A stretch of DNA of 63,954 nt, filler included, from Octopus bimaculoides (GCF_001194135.2; 5 parts of 4 records of this genome joined end to end with filler, not necessarily neighbours in it); one strand, 5' to 3'. Counted from the first letter of the whole stretch, positions 37,315 to 51,051 are shown. A program made the numbers and translations. Notes: generated from the sequence alone by a model not told the origin.

Positions 37315-38822
37315 CGATATAACATACCAAATGATGAAAGACGTCCCTGCTGTGATGGTTTTATACTTTAAAAGTTCGTCGGATTGCATTACCTAATAAT
37401 CCGCCCACTCAAATGATAATAGCTACTTTTACTCGCCTTTTGTAAACAAACCAACGAAGGTACTTCTATTAAATCACACAATCAGCTAGAAATAACAGCT
37501 AAATCTTACACGTATCGCTTTCAGAAAAGGAAGGATACTTTCGATATTACACTACAATTTCGTAGATAAAACAAAAAACAGCTGGAGTGTGTTTGAACAG
37601 AGATATCCTCGATCAGCACTGCCTTTGCACATTTTCATATAAGATTGCTTGATAGTGCTTCCATCTTTGGATTCAGGTAATATTTAAAGATGTTCTAAGA
37701 TGGGGTAGAGCGAGATTTGAAGACGTTTAGGCTGTAAGTTCAAGCAAATCGAGCAACTAGGTAAGATCTCTCCTGTTGGCTCATTTTCGGAAGCTCTTTC
37801 TGGCTGGTAATAATTGAATGATTATGAAAAGTCGTTTCTGACAATCCTACTGGTAAATATTTTTGATTCAGTAGAGACCCTACAGGAACAGAAATACAGA
37901 TGATCGAACTTTAAGGAGAATGACAACACACACGTTCTATTTCCACGAATTGTTGACCCTTCGAAATTATGTCGTACGAATGACAACACGCCTGGTAACA
38001 AGATTTAACAAGTCTAGGCTCCGCTTTATCCACGAATGTGGGATTAGGTTATATTCTTTTCTATAATATTGTGTAACATTTTTTTGTCTTTGGTCAGTAA
38101 CTGTTATTTCCAATTTTCTTCTATCTAGAAATCAAAAAAAAGTTACTATTATTCCCTTCAAACTTTGCTTGGCCATCAATTACATTTCAGACAGATTCAG
38201 CGCTGAGTTGCTGAAACAGAAATATCGAAATAAATATTCTGCGCAACACCGCAGATTTCTTGGTCAATTGCTTGATCTTAACTACTTGAACATGTCCCTT
38301 AGTGGCTGACGATATATACATCTCTGATCATGAACAGGAGTAGCGGGGGAGCATCATAGCCTTGTCTTGAGAGGTTTGAATAAATGTAACAGAAGTAAAG
38401 TTTGAAGGTAATATTAGCTATCTAGGGATGAACGAATGGGACAAATATTGTTTTACACAGTGTAGTCGATCCATGCGAAGCATAAGTTTGACATTCACAT
38501 TCTGCAATTCCTCAAAACTATCTTGTCTATCCTTAAATAGTCTTTCCTCCCTTTAATCATTTTGTTCATCGACTGTTAGGTATTTCTCTCATTGAAGTTT
38601 GTATAATTTTCGTGTAATATCCTGTCAGGAGTTCCCACATACGACGTAGACATGTTGCTAGGCGGTAACTGGTTAGTTACGGTAGATGCTTTCTCGTAAT
38701 TCTCTGATGAATTGTTGTCGGCCGCCTAGCTTTGGTCTGTAGCTTCTTGTATGTCTTGGTAGAGCTCTGTATTCCATCAATTTCTTAGTAAGTGTGCCAT
38801 TTTCCGTTCCTGATGCACAAAA

Positions 38823-39050
38823 CAGTAATCCCTCGACTATCGTGGATGGTACATTCCAAAACCCCCCGTGATAGGTGAGAATCCGCGAAGTCGAAACAGT
38901 ACTGTACTGTATGTATTTGGGGGGGGGGGGTAATATTTTTATAACTTGTAATTATTTTATTATAAATGCAAAACAACACTACAGAGGAATCTACGTAAGT
39001 TTAAATAATAAACCGCAATAGGTGAACCACGATATGGTGAGGGATCACTG
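38823..39050. mobile_element. Tigger/pogo-like MITE
   Basis: cagtaatccctcg ... gagggatcactg|TA; same family as 23417-23667. Confidence 0.75.
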
Positions 39051-39828
39051 TACTTGGATTGCTAGCTGGATTGCATTTAAATATCCCCATATCATTCGAA
39101 ATGTTCAACATCCTTTTCCGCAATCCTTTTTGCCTTGGATCATTTCTTAAGATTCCCTTGTTATCTTGTTAATTTCTTTTCCCAATTCCTTTTCCACATA
39201 GTAATAACAGGATAACCACTGGACCTGTGCTACAAAGCACGAAACCTTCACCAGACACTTCCGCCTTATTCACACCATTGTTGTTGTTGTTTTAATTTAA
39301 GTTTAACAATACACTTATATGATGATATTAACTTTAGGACTACACCACCACCGCTGTTTTAATCGAGACTCCATAGCAGTAAGGCTTACTAGTTATTGCT
39401 AAAGAGGCCCTCCTCCTCTTGGCAGAGAATGTGTCCCTCCTGTGCTTTCATTGAAAATACTACATCTCCTCGTAAACAAGTTGTGGACATTACACAAAAT
39501 GTACTTCATCATTCAGGTTATATTACACTGGTTGTCGCACCAATTCTTTATTCCTCGTAAATCCTATGCGTTCACGACTATGATCCTGTTATATTGACAC
39601 TAGACTACCATCGGTAATTTTAAACCTGGCAGTAAACTGACATATTACATTGATCCAGTTTGGATGACCGTTGGCTTTTATGAGTTAACCCGTCTTTTGG
39701 CGGGTTTTCTATTTCTTCTTTCCATTGAGTTCCCCACATGAAAGAAATAGAAATCAGCCTTCTCAAGTAGGCTCAGTGCGATTGCTGAGCTCACACGCCC
39801 TCGGGTTGTGTCGGCTTGCACAATTTTT

Positions 39829-39871
<43 letters not shown>

Positions 39872-40229
39872 NNNNNNNNNNNNNNNNNNNNNNNNNNNNN
39901 NNNNNNNNNNNNNNNNNNNNNNNNNNNNNNNNNNNNNNNNNNNNNNNNNNNNNNNNNNNNNNNNNNNNNNNNNNNNNNNNNNNNNNNNNNNNNNNNNNNN
40001 NNNNNNNNNNNNNNNNNNNNNNNNNNNNNNNNNNNNNNNNNNNNNNNNNNNNNNNNNNNNNNNNNGTTCTTTGCTTTCATGTTTACATAAAAGAGCTTTT
40101 TCAACTTATAACCAGGATTTAAGAACAAGTTAAAAGAACGGAAAAGTTAAAAAGAGAAGAATTATATCAAGTTTACTTATTTTTTAAGTTCTATTCCAGA
40201 AAAGTCAAATGAAAGAAACTATTATCATT

Positions 40230-40610
40230 ATTATTATTACAAGTTTCACTTGAAAAGGAAGTTGAGGGTGGAGAGGGAAGTGTTACCTTGTAGCAAGTTT
40301 GTTGAAAGGTGAATGTTGGAAGAATGGCCAGTGTGAAAGGACCAGTTCTGAGCATACACCTGTAAAGAAAAGGAGAAGGGTTCTTGCCCTGTTGTTCAGG
40401 CACCCGTGTTTTTTGTGGGTTTTTCCACGAGGAACTTAAAGCGCATCCCCTATTGAAAGTTTTTAATTTGTTCAATTTTTATTGTTATTTCATTGTGTAC
40501 ACGCGAAAACCCATTGTATTGTCCTGCTTTTGTCTTTAATTTTGTTATATGTCTTTTAATGTTTTATATATGAGCCCTTGTGGCCAATATAGGAATAGAT
40601 TATTATTAAT
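40230..40610 (+). mobile_element. Tx1-like LINE 3' end (ORF2 C-terminus plus 3' UTR)
   Basis: KFHLKRKLRVEREVLPCSKFVER, then a T-rich UTR ending gagcccttgtggccaatataggaat. Confidence 0.55.
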
Positions 40611-41143
40611 ATACATATATAAACATATTTGAGGTTGTAAAGATGGACAAAATGCCGCTAAGCATTTTGCCTGATGTGCTAACGATTCTGCTGGCTCGTT
40701 GCCTTGGAAATATTATATAATAATACAAGTATGTATTCTGGGGTTGAACTCAAAGAGATTCCCAAAAATCGTTTATCCACTTATGTTGTTGACAAGTAAT
40801 GCTTCTCAAAACAACTGCGTAAAATAAAGATTTCTTTGCACATGTAAGTATGCATTACCTGAAGCAACACATGAAGACTAAATGGTTTGAAATGTTGTGT
40901 GTACATGTACATATGCGTGCGCGTGGCGTATGTGTGTGTGTACCTATATACATACACATCTTTCTCTTCTCTCTCTCTCTCTAAAATATATCCCTCAGTC
41001 CAATCGAGCTCTGAGCTGACAATGGTGTTTTAACATCTAAACGTCTTAAGCGACAATTCTTTTTCGCCAAGACAAACTGCAGTGAAAAACCTTTTACGGA
41101 TTCAAATATCTCTTAAACATATTTGAAGTGGTCTTGAGAGTAG

Positions 41144-41185
<42 letters not shown>

Positions 41186-41301
41186 ATCTGCGTGTAGATA
41201 TTTCTTTACGCCCACAAGGTACGACATACAGGTGTAGAAATCATTGCTATAAACATTTGGTTTTGTCTCGTAAGAAATTATTATTGTTATTATAATTATT
41301 A

Positions 41302-41432
41302 TTGAGTGAGAGAGCAGTGCATGCCATCAAAGTGAAACTGGGGTAAAATATATGAAGCCCATTATACCCATCATGACTACCCTTCTGATAAGGGTACATC
41401 AGGCACATGCATCACAACCATATGTGCGCGAC
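41302..41432 (-). mobile_element. 5'-truncated copy of the 5202-5778 element inside a (TTA)n/(TTG)n array
   Basis: Reverse complement of about 5631-5760; TTA repeats immediately on both sides. Confidence 0.85.
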
Positions 41433-41489
41433 TTATTATTATTATTATTATTATTGTTGTTGTTGTTGTTGTTGTTATTAATATTATTA

Positions 41490-41529
<40 letters not shown>

Positions 41530-41533
41530 TATT

Positions 41534-41572
<39 letters not shown>

Positions 41573-43233
41573 ATTAATATTATTATCATTATTATTATTA
41601 TTATTGTTGTTATTATTATTATTATTATTGTTGTTATTATTACTATTATCGTTTGGTTTTTCTTCTTTTTATTTTGTCAGAAACTTGTAAAATGTGTTTC
41701 CTTTCACAAGGTATGACGGTTCCGTCTTCGGGAAAGGTGACAAAGGGACACTGTGACATTCATATTGTCCCACCCTGCGGACCATCTTCACTCATTTGTT
41801 AATTTACATTTTGATTAACGGACTTTTAGGAAAAAATAAATTTTATAAAATTAATGAGAGACAATTTAATTAATTTTTTTTAATCTTTTATTGGTTTTAG
41901 TCGTTGGACTGCGCCCTTGCTAGAGCACCGCCTTGAAGAGTTTAGCAGAACAAATCAACCCTAGGACTAGTTGTTTTAAAACCTAGTACTTATTTTGTCG
42001 GTCTTTTTGCTAAACCGCTAAGTTACGGAGACGTAAACACACCAACACCGGTTGTCATACGGTGGCGGGGAACAAATACAGACACATATAGATACACACA
42101 CACACATACGCACACATTATATATATCTGTGTGTGTGTGTGTTTGTGTGTGTATGATGGGGTTTTTTCAGTTTCCGTCTACCGAATCCACTCACAAGTCT
42201 TTGGGTTCCCTGGGGTTATAGCAAAAGGCACTTACCCAAGTTTCTACACTTTGGAAGTGAACCCAGAACCATGTGGTTGGGAAGCAAGTTTCTTACCACA
42301 CAGCTACGCCTATTGAATAAAATTAATCACAATTTTTTTCATGAGAATCGTTAATTAATTGGATGCTTGCTTGAAAAGATTCTCAAGAAAATGGGCAACA
42401 ATAATCCAGATTACTGATTTTGCTTTCCTCTTTTTCCTTTTTTTTTTCCTATAATTTTTATTGCAGAGAGGAGAAGATTCATGAAAGTGCTTGATGGAAG
42501 TATCTCATTCAAATATTGGCTTACCTCAAGCAAGGTATTGATTCACAGCTAACTAGACGTAGAAATGTGTTACATATGCAGGACATTGTTACTTTTTAAA
42601 AAGACATTTTTTCATTTTAGTTGTTTGATTAATAACTAGCAGACACATTAACAGCGACAATAGTGACAACTACAACCACCTGAGTCGCAAACTAGACATT
42701 AACAATAAAATCAATGCAGTTTTTAAAAAAAAAGCTGCATAATGTTGCAACGACATTCTACTGTGAATTGGCCGGAAGAGAAAAGAGAGAGAGAAAGAGA
42801 GAGAGTCTTAGGTAGCGTTGAGTCTTCTCTCCAATATGATAGCAAGCGATGAAACGAGAGTATATACCACTACGGTTACACGGTTCTAGAGTTTGACTAT
42901 GTTGTGATGAGAAACTGTAATTGAAGGTTTGAGACAAGTGGAGGATTTTGCAAAGAAAAAAAAGAAGACGAATGNNNNNNNNNNNNNNNNNNNNNNNNNN
43001 NNNNNNNNNNNNNNNNNNNNNNNNNNNNNNNNNNNNNNNNNNNNNNNNNNNNNNNNNNNNNNNNNNNNNNNNNNNNNNNNNNNNNNNNNNNNNNNNNNNN
43101 NNNNNNNNNNNNNNNNNNNNNNNNNNNNNNNNNNNNNNNNNNNNNNNNNNNNNNNNNNNNNNNNNNNNNNNNNNNNNNNNNNNNNNNNNNNNNNNNNNNN
43201 NNNNNNNNNNNNNNNNNNNNNNNNNNNNNNNNN

Positions 43234-43274
<41 letters not shown>

Positions 43275-44739
43275 AAGAAATTGAAGGTTTATAGTAGTGA
43301 AGCAAAAGTCTTTTAAAATTATCGATAATCCTTTCTACTAGAGGCTCAAGGCCTCGAATTTGCGGAGAGGGAATTAGTTGATTACATCGACGCCAGTCTT
43401 TCCCTAATACTTAATTCATCGACCTCGAAAGGATGAAAGGCAAAGTAGACCTTTGATCCCAGAACGTGAGACAGACGAAATACAGCTAAGCATTTCACCC
43501 GGAGTGCTCACCATTATGCCAGCTCGCTGTCTTGACTTTTAGAATTATCAATAATAGATACAACAGCAATTACTATAAACTATCGTTTATATCAGTATAT
43601 ATCGATCGAGTAATGTGAAACTGGTAGATGTCGAGGATTAAAAATATAGAAATGAAATTCTGATGAGGAAGAATCATATCAAAAGTATTTTCTACGTAAT
43701 TGTTAGTGTAGAATATACCTACTGCAGTCATTTGATACCGTTGCTGTGTATCCTAAAGTGTATTCCGCTTCAAAAAACACCATGGAGTGTTTTGAAGACG
43801 ATAGTCGCAAGAACTGTAAACAGAAAGATCCGGATTTCATACACACACACATACAAAATGGCGATATTAACTATTGAACAATTTCTGAAAACCTCTCATT
43901 TTTATATCGCAAAATTTTCTGGATACTTCACTCTTATGTCAAACAACTCCTAAGTCTTAACCTCACGCTTCATCGTTTCCCTGGATTTCATCGATAGTTG
44001 GGTTTTAGACAGACGTGGTATACGTGTTATTTCTGTTTCTAAGTTCAAAGTTCACATTTACCTTACCCTATTCTTAGAATTTCTCAACCGTATTTTTAAA
44101 ATACGCGTACTCTTTACTCTTTACTCTTTACACTTTTACTTGTTTCAGTCATTTGACTGTGGACATGCTGGAGCACCGCCTTCAGTCGAGAAAATCGACC
44201 CCAGGACTTATTCTTTGTAAGCCTAGTACTTATTCTATCGGACACTTTTTGCGAACCGCTAAGTTACGGTGACGTAAATACACCAGCATCGGTTGTCAAG
44301 CGAAGTTGGGGGGACAAACACAGACACACACACACATATGTATATATACATATACATATATACGACGGGCTTCTTTCAGTTTCCATCTACCAAATCCACT
44401 CACAAGGCTTTGGTCGGCTCGAGGCTATACTAGAAGACACTTGCCCAAGGTGCCACGCAGTGGGACTGAACCGGGAACCATGTGGTTGGTAAGCAAGCTA
44501 CTTACCACACAGCCACTCCTGCACCTATACTCTTGGTTTTCTTATTCTTCCTTATTCTTTCCGCCTTTTATGCTAAATTTTTGTATACATTCATCATTTT
44601 CAGTCGTTTTAACTGACTTGAGAAACTCCTACTGAACAAAACAAACCTTACGTTTGTCAACAAAATACCAATAAATTTAATTTATTACAAACTAATACTA
44701 GAATATTTTATCTGTTGATAGTTTGCTGTCTCTATAAGT

Positions 44740-45119
44740 GGCACTCCGTCGGTTACGACGATGAGGGTTCCAGTTGATCCGATCAACAGAACAGCCTGCT
44801 CGTGAAATTAACGTGCAAGTGGCTGAGCACTCCACAGACACGTGTACCCTTAATGTAGTTCTCGGGGAGATTCGGTGTGACCCAGAGTGTGACGAAGCTG
44901 GCCCTTTGAAATACAGGTACAAGAGAAACAAGAAGAAAGTGTGAGAGAAAACTGTGGTGAAAGAGTACAGCAAGGTTCGCCACCACCTCCTGCCGGAGCT
45001 TTGTGGAGCTTTAGGTGTTTTCGCTCAATAAACACTCAGAACGCCCGGTCTGGGAATCGAAACTGCGATCCTACGACCGCGAGTCCGCTGCCCTAACCAC
45101 TGGGCCATTGCGCCTCCAC
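44740..45119 (-). mobile_element. tRNA-headed SINE, family C
   Basis: Highly similar to 36944-37314. Confidence 0.9.
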
Positions 45120-45399
45120 GCTGTCTCTGTGCTACTATGGAATAATCACATCTTAATATTATGTTCCCCTGTATCGAGCCCCTTATGATCCACATTGGAA
45201 AAATGCTGAAATAACTAATCGATATTTCTACCAAGAACATTAATATTCCTTGAAGGAAACACAACACAAAATACTTTATAGCCATTTCATTAAAAGACTA
45301 ATATGGTATGTATTAGTCTTCAATAAACAATTTGATGACAAAAATAATAACTTTAAATACGGCTTCAACTTTAATAAATGCCCACTTATATCCTCATCC

Positions 45400-45620
45400 A
45401 TCCTTTTCAAGACGAACTTTTCCGTTAATAAAGAATATTAAATTTAGAAAGCAAAACAATAGATTGCGATAAATTTAAAAGCAAAATTACAAGAAGCAGA
45501 AAATTCTAACAAGTTCTTCGTACAATTGAATAAAACATAAAATTCTCTATAAAAGATACTTATTGAGTTCTATAACCAACACTTATAAGAAAACTAATTG
45601 AATATTTTAAAAGATATTAA
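45400..45620 (+). mobile_element. Penelope-like RT N-terminal remnant
   Basis: Frameshifted LIKNIKFRKQNN..SNKFFVQLNKT*N resembles the PLE LI.NI.FR..N..K.FV.ADKT.NLY pattern. Confidence 0.45.
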
Positions 45621-47326
45621 TATCTACAGCCAAAAATCATTTCTTTTCTTGAAATTGCCAATGGAACCCAACCGCTCTCACCTCAACACCCTTGAGAAAT
45701 ATTTCAGTTTAGCCGTTCTCGTGGACGAGATATAATATTAAGAGAGATATAATATNNNNNNNNNNNNNNNNNNNNNNNNNNNNNNNNNNNNNNNNNNNNN
45801 NNNNNNNNNNNNNNNNNNNNNNNNNNNNNNNNNNNNNNNNNNNNNNNNNNNNNNNNNNNNNNNNNNNNNNNNNNNNNNNNNNNNNNNNNNNNNNNNNNNN
45901 NNNNNNNNNNNNNNNNNNNNNNNNNNNNNNNNNNNNNNNNNNNNNNNNNNNNNNNNNNNNNNNNNNNNNNNNNNNNNNNNNNNNNNNNNNNNNNNNNNNN
46001 NNNNNNNNNNNNNNNNNNNNNNNNNNNNNNNNNNNNNNNNNNNNNNNNNNNNNNNNNNNNNNNNNNNNNNNNNNNNNNNNNNNNNNNNNNNNNNNNNNNN
46101 NNNNNNNNNNNNNNNNNNNNNNNNNNNNNNTTGTCACTGAAATCATATCAATGACTTGGTCACTGATATGATTTCGCTTCATCAAACATAAATGATTCAG
46201 AAATAGAAATTATTTTATTTTCTTGTTCATGAATAATTGTAATTAACTATCGTTACTAGTAACAAATTTATCTGAAACACAAAAAAAATTCAATTTAATT
46301 AGAGAATAATTAGAGAATAATGGATTCAGAGAAATAAATTAGGTCTTCGATCATATTATCCAAATCTCTTAAATTATCAAATTTATTATCCAATTCTTCT
46401 AAATTGAAATTGAATTATATTGGGACGACAGTCACTCATTTTTTGGCTCCATTATCCTTGAGATCGGTCTCTCTTACTCTCGTCTGTTGGTGCGCAGTTA
46501 CTGCGGCACATTACAGCAGCACATTTATTGTCCATTGTTGAGAGTTTAAATTTGAGCTACTTGTCCTCTCGCAATTTCGTCAGTCGCTGATAACATCAGA
46601 TCGGCGGGGTTTTTTTTCCCCTTATATAAATAGTGAAGTCTTGCTTGAACTTCGATGAAAGCTGCTTTTTTAGTATTTTATATTCCTCGCTTGTTTTAGA
46701 GGAATCATAAGTGGTTGCAGCATGACATGTTTGAGTCGTGTTTCTTGTCGTTCAGTCTCTCCGCAGAAAAAGGTTACTGTGTCGATGATACGAGTATTAC
46801 CTTGTGTGCATTTTGGCCGAGTGATCCAGTTTGCTAAGGTGACATATTTCTTTCCAAAAAGTGCAGCTTACTGGCGTGATTGTTTTGCTGAAAAATTTGA
46901 GCAAGTTGAGTATTTCGTATCTCAATATTTTTTATGCATCTTCATTTTGCCTATCGGGGTGGGGACTTCCTTAGCCTTTCTGTAGAATTGGTATTAGTCT
47001 TGGTTCAGTTCAAAAGTCCATTGGAATTTTTCTCTATAGTTCCGCAGTTTGCTATAGCTGACTCCGGGTTCTATCGTCGCCATGTTGTATGTAGAATAAT
47101 TTTTACTCGTGGTTTATATTTCACTCTTTGATTACTGCTACGAATTTTTCAAAAAAAGTTGTTTCTTTGCATTTACTCAAAGAAAATAACAATTTCTTTT
47201 ACCAGGCTTGTATTAATGGCAAAAATTATATACGAAAGTATTCATTATCTGGGGGATTGAATAGTCCTCTATGCCAACGTGTATTCGACGCCACGGTGAT
47301 GTATGTATGTATGTATGTATGTATGT

Positions 47327-47796
47327 CTCTTCTATTTTTTTATTATTTTAAATCTTCCACTGGGGAGGGAGCCGGTTTCCAACAAAGAAACAAGGCTCCA
47401 TGATTGGGGTGTAGTTAAAATAGACAAATTCACATTTGGAACTTGAGAAAAGTCTTGCATATTTTTACTGTTCCACTCACAGATTGCACTTGTAATGTAC
47501 GAATCAACCGGTCGATTTCTCTTTCTGAAAATACCAGTTTAGGCAGATTCTCCTTTAAGCATTTACTAACAAAACCTAAAACCCCAATTATTATTGGTAT
47601 GAATATGAATTCATAGTCTGGATATAGAAGATGGGGGTTTCGAAGCAGTTGTCCATAGGTATCCTCTTTTTCTTTGATTTTCAAATAGATATTTATATCA
47701 GCAGGGCAGCTGACCTCTGTGATGGTACATAGCTTTGCTCCTCTGTCCCAAACAACAATATCCAGCCTGTTGCGCTTACATTTGACAGACGTTTTG
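47327..47796 (-). mobile_element. 5'-truncated RLE-type retrotransposon with (ACAT)n on both sides
   Basis: RNRLDIVVWDRGAKLCTITEVSCPADINIYLKIKEKE..IPIIIGVLG..LQVQSVSGTVKICKTFLKFQM* (stop at 47430), 3' UTR to 47327; TATG arrays at 47299-47326 and from 47797. Confidence 0.85.
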
Positions 47797-48170
47797 ATGT
47801 ATGTATGTATGTATGTATGTATGTATGCATGCATGTATGTATGTATATATGTATGTATGTATGCATTCATGTATGTATGTATATATGTATGCATGTATGT
47901 ATGTATGTATGCATGCATGTATGTATGTATGTATGTATGTATGTATGTATGCATGTATGTATGTATATATGTATGCATACATGTATGTATGCATGCATGC
48001 ATGTATGTATGTATGTATGTATGCATGTATGTATGTATATATGTATGTATGTATATATGTATGCATACATATATGTATGCATGTATGCATGTATGTATGT
48101 ATGTATGCATGTATATATGTATGCATTCATGTATGTATGTATATATGTATGCATGTATGTATGTATGCAT
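47797..48170. repeat. Long compound (TATG)n/(CATG) microsatellite
   Basis: Direct inspection; source of several spurious MYV/HTY ORFs. Confidence 0.95.
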
Positions 48171-49384
48171 TCATTTATCCGTTTATTTGTTTCAGTCATT
48201 AGATTACGGCCATGCTGGAGCACTGCCTTGAAGGATTTTTAGTCAAATGGATCGACCGTAGTATTTAATTTTTGAAACCCGGCACTTATTCTATCAGTCT
48301 CTTTTGTTGAACCGCTAAATTACGGGGACAGAAACACACCAACACCGGTTGTCAAGTAGAATTGGGGACAAACACAGACACAAGTACACATACACACACG
48401 CGCGCTCACACACACGCGCTCACACACACACGCACACATATGTCGGGCGTCTTTCAGTTTCCGTCTACCAAATCCACTCACAAGGCTTTGGTCAACCCGA
48501 GGTTACAGTAGAAGACACTTGCCTAATGTGTCACACAGTGGAACTGAATCCGGATTCATGTGGTTGAGAAGCAAACTTCTTACCACACACCCACTTCTGC
48601 GCCTGCCCCTGTTCGAAAATATAAGGACACAGAATTTTTGTGTCGTATAACTAGCGGGAAACGATGTTTCCTGGGGCTAATGAACAGTAAAATTCGTCAC
48701 ATCCTGGGACTGCCACATTATGTTGGCAAAGAATCATTACTTTATGATGCTGTTACTGTATATCTCTCTTTGAGAGATTTAGAAATAATAATATTTCTAT
48801 TTTGTAGATCAGTGACTGTGTGTCAATTTCAGATCTATATATTTTCGACAGCAGTTCAGTAGTGTCATCTAGCCAACCAAGCTACTCCACGCTGATAAAG
48901 AGCAATAACCCAGAAACCGGTCCGTGGATGCGAAGTTGAGGCGGGTGGAGCTGCTGATCTCCCCTGTTCGAAAATATAAAGACACAGAATCTTTTGTGTA
49001 GTATAACCAGCTGGAAACGATGTTTCCTGGGGCTAAAGAACAGTAACATTCATCCCATCCTGGGACTGCCATATTATGTTGACAAAAAGTCATTACTATA
49101 TATNNNNNNNNNNNNNNNNNNNNNNNNNNNNNNNNNNNNNNNNNNNNNNNNNNNNNNNNNNNNNNNNNNNNNNNNNNNNNNNNNNNNNNNNNNNNNNNNN
49201 NNNNNNNNNNNNNNNNNNNNNNNNNNNNNNNNNNNNNNNNNNNNNNNNNNNNNNNNNNNNNNNNNNNNNNNNNNNNNNNNNNNNNNNNNNNNNNNNNNNN
49301 NNNNNNNNNNNNNNNNNNNNNNNNNNNNNNNNNNNNNNNNTATATATGCATATACATATATATATATAAAATACAAAAATGGGA

Positions 49385-50292
49385 CAACAAAACATCCAGA
49401 TAGACGATACAAGGAAAACAGAGTTTTCAGAGTTTTCTATCCTCAGTAGAGTTCCAAATTATCTCAGCAATTTCGGCTGGTTATACTCGAGATTTCTCCA
49501 ATCTGGCCAGCCCCAAGGAAAAAATAAGCTAAGAGCATTAGATTCCTTGGAAAAAAAGCAGCGAATGTATACGAAAACAAGGACAGAAAAAAAAACAGAG
49601 AAATGTTACACAAATACAAATGCAATTAACAGGACATAGCAACAAGTGTTTTTCGACAAAGAAAGAATTAAATTAAGCTTGCGTGTGTGGAAGTAAAGCC
49701 TTGCGGCAGGGACATAGGATTTAACAGGCACAGGGAGGAATATAGATGTTGCACGGATGGTAGTCGAATCAAGAAAGAAAGGACAGGCCTGGCTGAACAC
49801 CGGTCAGTTGGGGAGAGGAGAGCGAGAGGTAGAGGCACAGGGATAGAAGGATTAAGGAGGGACAAGAAAAAATAAAAGAGATACAGTGAAGTGAAAGAGG
49901 AGGGAAAGTGAGCAGGAAGAGAAGGCCAGGAAATGTGAGAGAGGGGGAGCGAAAGAACGAAGAGTGGAATGAACGAAGTTTGAAAGGGCTGATAGAAAGA
50001 AGGAAAGAATGAAAGAATACAAAGAATAATAGACTCGTACAAAATTAGATATATATATACTTACATATAAGAGACCTAAGTGTACGTACGCCACTATATT
50101 TTTTATATATAAAAAATACGAAAATTGGACAAGAACGCAAAACATCCAGACAGTTAGGTGATACAAAAAAGAGACAACAAAACATCCAGACAGACGATAC
50201 AAGGAAAACAAGGACAGCTCATTCGGAGTTTTCTATCCTCAGTCGAGTTCCAGATTATCTTTGCAATTTCGACTGGCTATACTCGAGATTGC
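49385..50292 (-). mobile_element. Penelope-like remnant with pLTR-like direct repeats
   Basis: gacgatacaaggaaaaca..gagttttctatcctcagt.gagttcca.attatct..gcaatttcg.ctgg.tatactcgagat at about 49403-49492 and 50193-50290, with a purine-rich tract between. Confidence 0.55.
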
Positions 50293-51051
50293 TATATATA
50301 ATTTACTGTTTCGTTTAAGCAAGAGCAAAGAAAAAGTATTCCATCTAGTTAGAGATAAATAACGTTTTATGTATACAGTATAAAGATGCCAGCCACAGGG
50401 CAACTTATAAAAACCTCCCTAGACACGTGTCTCCAATGCAAGAAACTAATAGTACCTCGTATCTTTATGCTATGTACATTAGATTATATATGTGTGAGGG
50501 AGAGAGAGAGCGTGCGTGAGTGTGTGCGTGTGGGAGTATCGATAGATGTCATTCATATTTGTTTATTTATCCGTTTCCTGTAAATATTTTGTTTAATTCC
50601 ATTATTATTTTAAATACATTCTTATTTCCATATTTATTTATTGATGCCGATTCTTTTCCTCTCTTCTCCGTTTTATCAAACTTATAAAATACTGTTTTCT
50701 ATTGTTTCATTTTCTATACAATGTGTATATACACTCAACGATTAATTTTTTTGTTTCAGATTTATCCAATCAAATATATGTGACTCTACTTTCAGTGTTT
50801 TGTACTCTCTTTCCGCCATCGGCTACCCCTCCACCCCCACCCCCACACACACTCACACATAAACAAACAAACAAGCAAACAATCAGTAACAGAGACACAA
50901 GCATATGTGCGTCTTAGTCTCTTTATAAGTGAGGTGTGTCTGTGTGTGCATGCATGTATGTATGCGTGTGTGCGTGTGTGTATACATACATATATATATA
51001 TTAGTCCATGCTTATACAGTTTGCTAGCATAATCAAATTTACTACTGGAAT

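Noticed and set aside
49420-50245. CTGAGGA..GAA half-cores on the minus strand of the pLTR-like repeats as hammerheads
   Set aside because: No stem I complement and a broken stem III or GAAA; too degenerate to call.
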